DNA from: Lama glama
Lineage: Eukaryota
Assembly (NCBI GenBank): GCA_028534125.1
Contig: CM052816.1
Coordinates: forward strand, 62,436,001 to 62,500,000
Direction: 5' to 3'
Length of the DNA stretch: 64,000 bases
This document shows positions 49,601-62,389 of the stretch, piece after piece. The position numbers and the translations under genes were made by a program. The notes beneath the pieces were generated by a model. The model ran no database searches and was not told the origin of the DNA. It was given only the letters and a program-made list of their open reading frames with translations. How positions within the stretch are numbered: the first letter of the stretch is position 1; the number at the start of each line of letters is the position of its first letter.

Positions 49601-52600
49601 TGTGATGGCCTGCTCAGGACTCCCAGGTTTGAGCTGTCTCAGCAGCTGGAGGTAGGGTGGTTTGGGGGTAGAACTGAGGCTGGAGATACCAGGCAGGTTC
49701 TGGGCCTTCCATATATTCTTCATATCTCACTGTTTATCTTTCTATATGTGCTGTGATGAAAATTATATTCTCAACAGCTGAAAGCAGAAGTTCTCCCAAG
49801 AAGGGAAGTATAAAGGAGCTGCCTGTGTCGGGGAGACACTTTGATACACTCCATGGAGCCAGAAGGTTAAGGATGGCAGGAGCCCCCCAAAACTGCTTTG
49901 CATGAGAAAGTGTGAACAACCTTTATTTGTTTATTATTCTTTTGTTGTAAGAAGGGGGTTGGGGAGAAGAGAAAAGGGATAGGGCAAAGAAAGAAATCAG
50001 CAAGATGGTACAAGATTGGAAATTCTGTTGGGGTGAAGGGCCAACAGGGCATTCCCCTGTGGAGGGGCAGCAGGGAAAAAAGCTTTCTAGGAGGGGAATT
50101 AAAAAATATACAGTTTTATGTTTCCCAAATAATTAAAAAATAATTTAACCCCAAACAATTTGTGTGAATGTGGTGAGTGCTGAAAGTCTTGATGAGAATG
50201 TTTTCACATCAATAGAGCACAGAATAGGAGCAGCATGTATGGGAAAGAAGTCTTCAAGTAAAGCAGGCCATGTTTGACCCAGTTCCCAGGGAGTCAGATG
50301 TCTGCACTGGGGCTTTGCACTGCTACCAGGTTGGGGGTTCGGGGGCTCAAACTAAACTTATGTCTCTTGCAAAGACTTTGGAGGGGCTTATTGTTTCTGG
50401 GTTACATGTATTTTGGTTTGAAAAAAGAGTGCCTCTGTTAACCAAAAATAGTGTGTATGTGCATGTGCATGTGCGTGTGCATGTGTGTGTGTGTGTGTCT
50501 GTATGTAAAGACCACTGAAGCTTAATACATGCTCCCCAAAACTGTTCATTTGTTCAAGATACTTTCCTGCCAGGGGACACTCAGTATGGTAATGAGACCT
50601 TGTGCTGAGGAACTTGGACAAATTGCATGAGCTTCTGAGGACAGAGGTTGTGTCCCAGCAAGGAGCACATGCTTGGCAAATAGGAGAGGTGCCCAATTAA
50701 TGGTCACCGAGTAGACTCTCTGAGCTGTGAGACAGTACCTTATGATACCACATAGACATCTGGGCCCTTTGCTGGCTGGTGAGGTCTTAGCCTTGTCTTA
50801 CATATGCCGCAGATGTTGCTTTTCTACTCCTGGTAGAAATCTCCTTCTGGCCCAGACCAAGTCTGCCTGTAATACCAACCTCAGTGGAAAATGAAATATT
50901 CGCTGCTGATCTCTCCCCACTGCCTCATGAGGAGCTCTCCCTCCTACTGATTTAATGACGTTTCTGTGTGCAGCATTAACGTCACGATAATTAGTGCTAT
51001 ACACAGAAGTCTTTAGGAAATGTTTTGCTTTTCTAGCTCCCAGGTAATAGGATCTCCTCCAATAAGCTTTATTGTAGGGGTTTTATCTATTTATGTTCAA
51101 TGCTTTGTTTTCTGGGGACTTTCCCTCAGACATCTCTGTGGGCACAGACTTGAGAATGAAAAGAAAGCAAAGACCCTTTTTCCACTTCACCTGCCACCAC
51201 TGCTTAGTAACTGCTGGAATAAAAGCGTTGAAGGATGAAGACAGGGAAGAAGAATGATGCTTCTTCAGTGTTTCAGGTCTTACCAGGTTCCCTGCCCTCA
51301 CTTTCCTTCCCTCCTCACAAATGTGCCCCCAATTTCCTTCTCACCTGCAGACTCAGCCTCAACCAGGACCAGCCTGACCAGTCAGTGCTGGGTGAGGGAA
51401 AAGTATCTCTAGATCAATACATATTTTCTCCTTTAAAAAATCGCCCCTTGCCTTACTCTGTTATCATTATGAATCATGGATTTACATGTAACTTGATGTG
51501 TTATAACCACCACTTACAGATGCAACTGGCTCTAACAATGAACCCCATGGCTTGTTCAGGGGGCCACAGCTCCTCGTATTGCACTGATGGGAACTGAATC
51601 ATTGTTTTGTTTCTTCTGGGCTTGTCTGGATGATTTTTACTGTACATCTAGTCATTTAGATCTGCCTCATTCTAGTCTTTATGCCCTACTCTCAATTTGA
51701 CTGATCACCAGCTTCCCCTCTCCTCCCCCACTTCAACAGCCTATGCTCTGAAGAGCTATGATTCAGGTGGGGTGGGGTGGGGTGGGCAATACAGGTCCAG
51801 GGTTGCTCTGAGAAGTGGTTTCTAAGAGCAGAACAGACACTAAAGCTGAGCGGAATTGCTAAAGCATTTTCACTTTTTTCCTATATAAATAGTTATATCG
51901 GATTTTGACTCTAACATTTTCTTTGGATTAGCACTATTATGGGATACTCTCAAAAAATTCAAATTTCACCAGTAGTCCACAAAATATATTTTAAGATTTT
52001 TTTCTTTTATTCCAAGATCCACTTAAATTTCACTCATTGTTCTCAGTTGGTATGACTCTTTGTTTTCTGGTTGTTTTTTTTTTTTCCCCACTATGCCTGT
52101 TTGTTTTACCTGTCAGTATCTACAAATCTCAAACTCCCAGTCTGTCCCTCCCCACCCTGCTCATGACAGTCATTTTTAACTGACCCTCTATGGAGTTCAT
52201 TATCTTCACAAAACAGACCATATTCTGCCCCTTCAGTCCTGCGCCTTTCTTTTCTCTTGTCTCTGTTTCTCCCTGGACATCTTCATCAGTGTTTATCACT
52301 CACATCACTCTGGGCCTGTTCTAGTACGTGGTAATGCGGCTGTACACACTTTATAACATAGCGGTCATTCTCTTCAATATACATGAAGTAGAGGAAAATG
52401 TTCTGGGGTGTAGACACACAAACAAGACACAGACACACAGACATACACGAGACCCTTCTCTCTTCTGGGATTTCTCTCCTAGAATTGTGCGTTATCAGCC
52501 CAGGAACCCAGGACAGGAGAAACTAAGACTCCTGCATGGTTGCCAAGGGTTACACTTATATCCCACTTTGAACATTAAGTACCAACTGCGGCTTTGGGTT

Positions 52601-53980
52601 GACGGACAGATACTGGCCTGACAAATGACTGGAAGATTCTACTGTAGCATCTTCCCAGAAGGTATTTCTTCAAATGCAGGGACGGCTCAGAGCCCGAAGG
52701 CATTTTTATTGTAGAGAGAGGTTTTTAATGTGTCAGAAAAATATTTCTCTTCAGGGAGAAGACAATTAATAGATGATAAAGACATGTCAGAACACTTCCC
52801 CAGAGCCTGGAGGAGACGCCTTCAGGTCAGGCACTGATGGCGGAGCAGGGAGTTGGCAAAGCTGTTCCAGGCCTGCTCTGGGTTGACTCTCAGTTGTCAG
52901 AGATGGCCTGCTGGTGCCGATCCCTGCCCCAGCGTTTGATGTCAGCTCCTGAGGATGGCTGAGATTCCCTATGCCAGTCTGCCCTGGGTGATGGCTTCCT
53001 TCACAAGCAATCTGAAGTCTCTGTCTCTGTACAGGCTGTCTTCTCCACAGGAGCTTCTGTCCTCCCTCCTTTTTCTTTCCTCGTCAGCAGATCAGTGCCG
53101 ACTGTCGAGTGAGCCATTGTCACACTGCGGTGAAGGACACAGTCAGGGTCTGCTGTCACACAGCTGATCGTCAGGTAGGAGGGCAGGGCCGTGCCTTTTA
53201 CAAATCTGCCCAAGTCTGCAGGTCCTACTTAAGAGGAGCTCAGCAAATCTCATTTGTTGCCAAAGGAAGCTGATTCTAAATCTTTCTGATTCTCATGCGC
53301 TGAACAGCTCAAGATGTCTTGGGATTTTTGAGGTTTCTGGAGCTGAGGGGAATGGACTGTGCATGGCTGTTAAATCCCACGCTGCTTTAATCAACACCAA
53401 GGTTGTTACAACTCCACCAGAGAGGCCAGAGATACAATCTGGAATCTGGCAGGGGTCACTGTAGCGGGTTCCTGAGAGCCTTGGCTCTTGCAGTGAGTTC
53501 AAATCCTGTCTGTGCCATTTAACAGTTAAGTGGCCCTGGGTGGGCTAATTTAACCCCTCCTTATCAGTACAGTGAGAATTATTATAGTAGTTACGGCTTG
53601 AGATGTTCAGAGGGTTTTGCCACAATGCATGTGAAGGGCTTAGCCTGTGGCCAGCCACACGGAAAGAGCTCCACAAACGACAGCGATGATTGGAGGGGTG
53701 GATTTCAGCACTTCCACAGACTCTGCATCATAAGGTCACCCATGGAACAGAATTAAAGGCACCTCTTGACCATTCCTTCACTTAGGATCTGCAACAGTTA
53801 TTTCTATAAGGCTTCTCCAAAGTTATCAGAACTCTTCCTTAATGTATTTGATTTCTCTAAATAATGAGATGATCAAGATCGCTGATATCTTACAATAAAG
53901 ATGCAAGTGAATAATACTATACCTCATTACTTGATGCTGAGGACTTAACAGAGCTGGTGGAACATGCTTAAAATCCTTTT
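46620..53980 (+). pseudogene. EBLL-g, most of an L gene, fragmented by TEs
   Basis: In order: HDYFII ~ HDDYFTII; LTSLQ..YVTQSDSLP ~ VSSVQ..YVSKNAKWP; LKV/ECF..YGKEVF (50180-50255) ~ LKVEECW..YGKKLF; TKLMSL ~ SKLACL; QIGEVP ~ SIGGLP; LVQGATAP ~ LVGVTMP; SKSR ~ TKSR; LE..TVASSQKV ~ LERFSVSDMQKL; GHSQGLLSHS* (53135) ~ GHHHGCYSLSW; PH..EDLTEL ~ PHLEEFDEL. The stretch 47100-50000 is the weakest. Confidence 0.75.
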
Positions 53981-54029
53981 TAACATGTTAATACAATTAA
54001 TAAAACACAAGGCTAAAATTTTAAATTCC

Positions 54030-54700
54030 CTTCTTATCACTTAGTAAATGTCTTTAACAAGTACTTACAAGATTGTGAATGAAATTTACTTGATCTGATG
54101 CTTTTCCCTATCTTTATCAGTTCTGTAGTTGTATTTAGAACAGTCCCTGGCATATACTGATGTTCAATAAGTATCAAATAAATAAATAAACCAACAAACA
54201 AACCAAGAGGCCGAAGTGGCATGGTAGAAAAACTGGATTTGAAATTAAGGTACAGTTTTGACTTCTGGCTATGTTTGTACCAGAGCTGCATGTGTATGGG
54301 TAAGCCAACTAAATTTTTGGGCTTTAGTTTCCTCACATATAAAAAGGATAAGAAAAATCTATGTTGCAATGATGTTATGACATTCAAATGAGACGGCATA
54401 TGTGCAAATGCTTTATATACTCCTTATAAAACCATATTAATTTAAAGGGACTTGTTATTATTACTCACAGACCAATAATTACGATTATTGAACTGCCCTG
54501 TTTTAAGCTCAGAAGACATGACAGCATTTTGTATGTTTGGTAGTTAGCTAGTTTAACCATGACATATGTCAGTTAATTTTGTTTTTCCTTTCTCCAAGAA
54601 ATACAGGGCGACTATACTGAAGTTTTCTAATTTTGATTATTTGGATGTAGCTCTGATTTCTAACCCAAGTATTCATGGAATCTAACTACTACCCAAAAAG
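54030..54700 (+). pseudogene. EBLN-e, C-terminal N fragment split by L2/MIR (54120-54460)
   Basis: STYKIVNEIYLI*C ~ TTYTTIKEYLAEC; KLRRHDSI ~ KLKEEHADL; FSKKYRATI ~ WSKKENPTM. Confidence 0.6.
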
Positions 54701-55069
54701 CACCTGCCCATGGAAGAAAAACCATTTTCCATAGGTTTCTTGGGGAGAACATTTCAAATAGATGCCTGAGGTAGGTATCATTAAATCACTTTTACCTGAC
54801 AGTCCAGAAATTAAATGACTATGTGGTGGGTTTTTATTTTAAATGAGATGGTAAACTGTAGTTTAATTTGAATTTTTTAACCATTTATTAAAAGTTTGAA
54901 TTTTAATTTAGCATTGAATGTCTTCATTAACTAAGTGATACACAACATAATCTTGGCATCTAAAATATTCCATTTTCAACTTTAAATTTTGGCAAATAAA
55001 AATTCGTATAAATCCTAGAACATTTTGAGCCATTATTGATATGAATATTAATTAAAGATGTACTCATTA

Positions 55070-55640
55070 ATAAATTATCAGTTTTGAAATTTGGCCAAAG
55101 CTTTAAGCATGTGTACAATCACTGATCTAGTAATTTTACTAAAAGAGATTTATCCCAAAAAACTAATCATGGTTATGGGCAAAACTTTATATATAAAGCT
55201 ATTTATTACAGCATTGGTTTTAATGGCAAAATTAAGGAAATAATCTAAGCGTCTAATAATAGAGAATCAGTTAAATAAATTATAGTACATTTATTAAAAA
55301 GGGATATTATAAAGCCAGAAAATGATGTAGAAGAGTATTTAATGTCATGAGAAATATTCATTATATAGTACTAAATGAAAAAAAAACAGTCCTTATGCTA
55401 ATATGTAGAATAGATAAACAAGATTATACTGTATAGTACAGGGAAATATATACAAGATCTTGTGGTAGCTCACAGCGAAAAAAAGATGTGACAATGAATA
55501 TATGTATGTCCTATAACTGAAAACTTGTGCTCTACACTGGAATTTGACACAACATTGTGTCTATAACTCACATATGACTATAACTCAATAAATAAAAGTT
55601 TAAAAAATTTAAAAAAGCAAAAAACAGTCCGTATGTTATG
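55070..55640 (+). mobile_element. Old L1 3' fragment with a nested young camelid-type L1 3' end (55410-55620)
   Basis: TGTATAGTACAGGGAAATATATACAAGATCTTGTGGTAGCTCACAGCG...GACTATAACTCAATAAA plus an A-tail. Same family as 63865-64000. Confidence 0.8.
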
Positions 55641-55699
55641 TGTATTTATGTGAGTGTGTGTATACAGATTCATTTTTTTAATGGAACAATCTGAAATTA

Positions 55700-58600
55700 A
55701 TGGAGTTCAAACAGAAAATGGCTTTATTTTTAAACAACTACTGCTTTCAACTGTATCTGTTGAATCTCCCTTGTCTGCCATTTGTGATATTTTGGAAAGA
55801 CACCTTAGCTTTTTTGATATTTTCTTTATGAGCACGGCCTCCATAATTATAATTCATTTTCAGGCATTCAGAGGTCCTGTACATTCTAAATGAAAGCTTT
55901 AGGTTCACACCCAGGGAGTATGGTTTATTTTTTCACACTTTCTCATGTCCCGTCCCTGCTTCTTCTGGCTCCTTTAGGACAGAGCAAGAAGAATGGGCAT
56001 TAGAGGGGTAAGAGTAGCAGTCTTACGTCACTAGCTATCATCTGCCTGTGTGGCAGGCATCCAAAGTCTGGCTCTTTAATTGGATACAAGCATGGATCCT
56101 TTGGCTATTCTGAAAAATGCTCATGCTCTATAGTTCCTTGATATAAGCCACTTGGAACTCTTACGACAACCCCTCTCTGATTGCCCTTGGTGACACATTT
56201 CATAACCTCTCACGCTACGATCCTCTTGCCCCAGTTAGCGGCCCTCTTGGGCAGAATAATTTCAAAATAGCTCGAGCCTAGCTACTCTCTATGGCCTTTA
56301 CTTGGGCCACAGAAAACTCATACATTCTTGCTACACCAACTAATAATCACAGTTCAAGACATCCTACTGCTGTCCTCTCTCTTTGTTTTTCCATTGAGAG
56401 TCCACACTGGCCAATCTCCACCCTTTAGTGTTCTCTACGTGATAAGCTGTTATCAGTCTTTATGTTCATGCACAATCCTGGGCTCCAGAGAAATCTCAAG
56501 TTCTTCCAAGAACTCTCTTCAATGAAAAACCTAGGTTTCTGCAGTTTTGCAAAGGTAGACAAAGCCATCAGAAAATGAAGATCAGGTCACAGACCAGTGA
56601 GGACAACATGGAAAGGGTGGAATTCATAAACCAAGAATGAGTTTATAGGAAAGAGGGGGTTTACAGAGTCAGCGTGGTTCTGTTTCTAGGTTAGGCTGAT
56701 GAATGTATAACTCTAAGAAATAAAAAGGAAGCTTTCTAACTCCTAGTGATGGAACTAAGGGATTCCAAAAAGGAGATGAAGAGATGCAGGATCCATGCAT
56801 TTTCATCCTGAGAAAACTCAGGTTTAGTACCTTTTCTAATTATTCTGAATCCAACATGTAATAATTTATATCTGACCATCAAATTTGAAAATCTCTTGTC
56901 TTATAGATGAAAAAAAGTATGTGCAAAGCACAACATCAAGGAATATTAAAAAATGTATTCAAGGCTCCAAATAATTCATAATTTATCCACCTGTCCCCTC
57001 TGACAGAATTATCATATAATTTTAACAGGATGTATTGTTCTTTTGGGATAGTATCAATGAGCCATTTGGTTTACAAGAACCAAAGTATTTGTAGCATTCT
57101 TTCTGTTACATTGAATTTCATTTTTTTCCCTACACAAAAAGTTAATTGCCTTTTGATTATAGCACTTGAAGTATTCAGAGTGAATATCTCCTTTGTTTGA
57201 AATTTACTGGATAGTTGCTTAATTCTTTGTTTCCTTTTAAATAGCATTTTTTAAGCTAGCACATGTATTAATGGAAAAAATGTACAACAGCAAAGTTAGA
57301 CTTCCTAGAGCAAGGTCAGCTACCTTCTAGGCAACATTCATTATCATCATGAATGCACTAGTGGTAAATACCAGTCTTTGAGCCTCAGTTTATAAAATTA
57401 TCAGCATGCTAAAAACAAATTTATTCTTCAGGTATTGTTTTACATTAATCAAGTTAACAGAAATTAATATATAAAACAAAAGCCCAATGTTCTAATTTTC
57501 CACCAGAAATGTAATGTAACTAGTGAAAAATTTTAATTGCTAACACAGCAACTGTGAGCATTAATTTTTTTATGTCAACTTGACTGGGCCATGGGATGTT
57601 CAACTTTGTGGTTAAACAGTATTCTGAGTATGTCTGTAAGAAGGTTTTTTGATGAGATTAACTGTTAAATTTGTAGATTGAGTAGATCAGATTGCTTTCT
57701 CCAGTGGGAAAGAGCCTTATCCAATGCCCTCAAGGCTTGAAGAGAGTAAAAATGCTGAATAAGAGAGAATTCACTATCTGATTATCTTCAAGCTGGGAGA
57801 GCATCTCCTGTCATTGAACTTGCACTAGACTAGAACTTATACCACTGGTTCGCAGGACTTTGAACTCAGATGGAAACTATCCTATTAGCTCCCTTTGGGT
57901 CTCCAGCTTGCTCACTGAAGATCTTGGGACTTCTCAGCTTCCAGCCTCCATAACCACACAAACCAATTCCTTATATCCTTATATTCCTTATATCACACAC
58001 ACACAAAATATAGCACATATATATATATATGATTTTCTTATCTAAGCTGTCCATTTTGGATGTATCTTTGGGTTCCTTCGGAATTCTAGGACAGAAGTAT
58101 GCTCCCTTCCACTCAACGTGTACAATGGTGCACACAGCTTCCGGTGTGCTCAGAATGAAACAGGCTTTGGCTTTAGGTGGCTCATCCTACACATACAGTC
58201 ACCTCTAAAGAAGCAATGTTCAGTTACCAGAAGCAATTAAAAAATGAATTCCCTTCTTTTTCTTCATCTCTCACAGAATAAATGTGACTCAAACCAAAAC
58301 TCAGATAACATTTCTCAAAACCTCTCTTTGCTTCCAAACTCATCCAGAGGCTTCCAAAAAAAAAAAAAATCCACAAAACAAGCTTTCCTTCATCTGACTT
58401 TTGGCCCTGTGCTCCTCAGATCTTTAATTAATTTCTCAAAAATCATGTTTTCCAACACTTTAATCCTTTAACCAGATTTTCCACAATAAAGGGAGCCTGG
58501 GAGCCTGGGCATTCATCCAGCAAGCAAAATCCTTCCCTCTTTCTTCCTGGCCTTCCAGGACAGTTCCCTCTTCCCATTCTCCTTTTTCTATAAAACTAAA

Positions 58601-61600
58601 AGCCTAGGAGTCATCTCCTGAAGTCAAGAACTTCCTTAGAGAGTGAGTGGGGGGTGAGGAGGAAGCTATAGGGAAGCTGAGCTAGAAAACTAAAAAGCTT
58701 TTGTTTGGAAGGCTGAAAACATTCCTAAGTCAGTATATTTTGATTCCAACACATAGGCAGATCCAGCAGACTCAGAGACCATTCTACCTCAAAGTAACTT
58801 GGCACCTCCCTACTCAGGGCTTCTATATGTTCATGTTAGAGCTGAATGCTCAAAAGGCAAGGTTATCTCCCTTCTTTCCAAGTCTTGGAGGTGGCAGTGG
58901 GATGGGGGTGAGGTCAGGGTGATGAAGGAGTTGGTAGTCTCACTATGGCCCCTAAGTATCAGTACAAGCTCTGATGAGGCCAAAGGCATAAGCTCCGAAT
59001 CTATTTAGGTTGATTCACTCTGCCCTGTTCCTCGGCCAGTCAAATTAAAAATGTGTGCTATTGATCACAGACAGCCTACAGCGCCTCCACGAGGCGAACT
59101 GGCCTCGAGTTGGGCCCTTCTAATGCTGGGTCAGCAGTGGTATGTTTAGAAATGAGAGAAGGCACATCCATTACCATATTTTTTTACACCTACTTTTAGT
59201 CTAAAAAGTACTTGGAGCAATTTGCATTCGTTTTAGGATTGAAACATGACACTGGGTATGCATATCAGTGAGCCGGAGCCATGGGTCGCATTGCTCTTTA
59301 CCTTTGCATGCGGCTGTGCAGTTGCCTGCAGGGGAAGAGAACCCTCACTTCATAGACACCTGTCGTGATCAGCATTTTGGCATTCCTCGTAGTCTGATAA
59401 CTCTGTGTGGCTGTTGCTGAATCTCTGATATAGTACCAACTGACATTTCCACATCGTACGTAAGACTAATCTTTGTGAAACTGAAGCCATGATTCTGAGA
59501 GATCTGTTGCCATTTATACTCCTGTTTTAGAAAGTGAACAGATTGAATGCCTCGTTTTTTCACTTGGAAAGAGAAATATGGTAATTTCAGGCATATAGGC
59601 CACATTCTGCAGAAGAATTCTCAATAAGTTTTCAGTATTTTGGGCTCAGGGATCAATTGTTTAATATCATACATGGCTGCCTTTGGCCTGAGGTTTTCTT
59701 CAGCAATTTATGATAACCACACATTGTTGAATGCAGCTCTTCCACATGTCCTACTGTTTAGATCTGTTCATAAGTCTGATTTCTGTTGATGCTGTGCTAG
59801 TCTGTCTCACTGATTTCTTTAGTGCTAATTTATGCTCAGTATTCTCAGTTACGGTGCAGGGTATCAGAATCACCTATACCAGGCCCTCCCTACATGCTCA
59901 TTACTGTCCCCCAGGGATTCTGATACATCTCAACTTCTTGACTTAGAATAACTGATTTTGATGCTTCTGTTCATACATTTCATCAGGGCAGGACGCAGAG
60001 GAGACTGAGAGGACCTCAGCTGGCAAGTGTGTTAAAGGGAATTTGGTAGCTGACTGAGACGAGGTGATAGTTCTCGGAAGGAAAGTAACTGAGAAGGAGA
60101 TGGTGTCTGGAATTGCTGCTCCCCCAAGTTAAGCTTTGGGTTGGCTGGGCTGGTAGTCCCCCAGTCCCATGGAGATGCAGGGCCAATTCCCAGGTCTGAT
60201 TACTCCAACTGGTTTGGAAGAGAGTCCTCCTACCCACCCACTTACCTAATTCTACCTGTGCACCAGGACCCTCCTAAGGTCCTATCTCCTCCTTGAAGCT
60301 TTACCAGTAACAAGAATTTATGCCTTCATTGATTTCTTTCTTTTCCGAACACGAAGTATTTAATTTCTCATTTTTGCACATGTGTTGCTTACATCCTTTA
60401 ACTGGTCCCTGAGTGTAAGAATCATCGTTCTAACAATATTACAAGTTTCTTAAGACTATAAGTTTATTAGTTTTATTTTCCAGAGGACAGAACTTTGAAC
60501 AGAATGGGAGGAAGGGAACCAATGTTTATTAATCACTGCTATGTGCCTTGTACTGTGAGAAGCCCTTGAGATCTTAACTTTAATTTTTTTCTGCGTGGTA
60601 TTACTTCCTATTTATAGATGATTAAAATGAGGTTTTGAGGTTTAAGTAACTAGCTGAAAAGCACATGAATAGTGCAGAGAATGGAGAGATTTTCTTCAGG
60701 CTTACAAAACACCCATGTCATCTGCCACCACTGCATTAAGCAGCCGACTCACTATACCCTAAAAGTGTGCCCAGTGTCCAGTTAATCTAGAGATACTGCC
60801 TTCCCTTTTCAGTATGTAATATGGGTGATTGTTTTCCTATTTTAATGCTAGCCTTCATTGCTACTATAAATTATCTTTTGATTTCAGATTTAATGATAAT
60901 TAGATAATGATATTGTCAATCAGATGCCCAGAAGCCTTGATACAACTTCTTTTGGGAGTGTTGTGGTTATAAGTATATATGTAATATTGCTGTCAACTAT
61001 TATAAGGATGCTTCTAGTAAGTAGGACCAGAAATAATATCCCCTGAGAATGTTTTCTGTATTAGCATCACTTTTTATTTATCACAGGAAATAATTTTAAT
61101 GTGACTAGAAAGTCATTGAACTGTAATTATATTTTTATTATCTAATATTTCCACAAATTTCTACCTTTTTTTCCTCTGAGTATTTGAATATCAAATTGCT
61201 AATCTTTCAGCTTTCTTTTATGGATGATTTGAAAGAATCAGAAAACATCCTCACCACCTCTTCTGATTTTATAATACTAGTCAGAAAATTTTATTCATGC
61301 TGACGTTTTCTAATATTCCAGTCTTCTTTATCAGTTGTACTTCAACTATTGAATTCTTGGAAGATTTCACAACCAGCAAAACTTTTCAGGCACTTTTTGT
61401 TATTTTTATTACTTTCTGACTGCCAAATCCTGTTATTTCCCTTTTGTAGTAAAGATTTACTTTCTGAAAACGGTATTTAACAGTCTCAGACTTTTAAAAT
61501 TATCACTATGTATATTTTTTCTAGATGCCAGCTTTCATTTTTCTTACTTTAGTCTCCCTGGGATATGTTTCAAATTACCATCTTATTTGTCTCAATCACT

Positions 61601-62300
61601 TTGCTACCATTAATATCTTCAGGTTTAGAAATACCTATATGGCTCCTGTAAGATTCAGGTTTTATCTGATTTCTTTTATCTGCAGCTTACCATTCAGCTT
61701 TTTATTGAAAGCTCATGGCATGTTATATATATTTTTTGATTCTTTTCACCAGGGCTTCTGGCTCTCAGGAGAAGAAAGTATGATGAGATCATATCATCCT
61801 TTGGTTTGCTGACACTGTTTTTACACATGAGGCATAACAGGTATTGAACTTTGCATCTGTTTCTGTTATTAGAAAAATTCATAGAGACAGTCACTTGTAG
61901 AGGGATTGACAGCATATTCTAGAACCAGACCGTCATGGATTTGGAACCTGGATCTGCCGTTTATTAGTAGTAGCTTTGGGGAAATTATTTAACTTTATTG
62001 TTAAATAATCATCAAAAAATGGGGGTGATAGTAATCACTATCTTATAGGGTTGTAGGAGGATTAAATTAGCTAACACATATAAAGTGCTTAAAATAAGGC
62101 ATATACACATAGTTATTTTTGTGTGTGTGTCTGTGTGTTTGTGTGCGTGCATGTGTGTGTGTGTCTATAGGGAATACTCTAACAGGAGTTAATTTAAAAT
62201 GAATCTGCTTGATTTCACTGTATACATTCAGAGATAGCCCATAGCACTCTACCTTTCTTACCCATAATATAATATAGTAAATTTTGATGTTCCACTGGGG
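55700..62300 (+). pseudogene. EBLL-h, near-complete L gene fragmented by LTR, MLT2, MER and MIR insertions
   Basis: In order: FKQLLL ~ FRQVVL; HQKMKI..RVEFI ~ LHKMRV..RAEFI; NPTCNN/ISDHQI ~ DPDFNDIVSDKAI; EPF; SFGILGQ (58073) ~ TFNILGQ; LKKQCSV ~ LKVEECWV; LPSFFLAFQD ~ LPSVFFRGMSD; PT..IQQ..RP; SASQ (59032) identical; TWL..FLQQF ~ TWL..YLHSF; EDFT ~ NDFT; HQGF ~ HRGF; FKMNLLD ~ FRLALMD. Confidence 0.8.
57553..57970 (+). mobile_element. MLT2 (ERVL) LTR
   Basis: TTAATTTTTTTATGTCAACTTGACTGGGCC...TTGGGACTTCTCAGCTTCCAGCCTCCATAACCAC. Confidence 0.85.
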
Positions 62301-62389
62301 CATTCTTTTAAACCAGAAAAAGACAAGCTTTTTGGGTTTTGTTTGTTTGTTTTTAGTTTCCTCCTATCTGAGTAGCATATGCTGAACTT

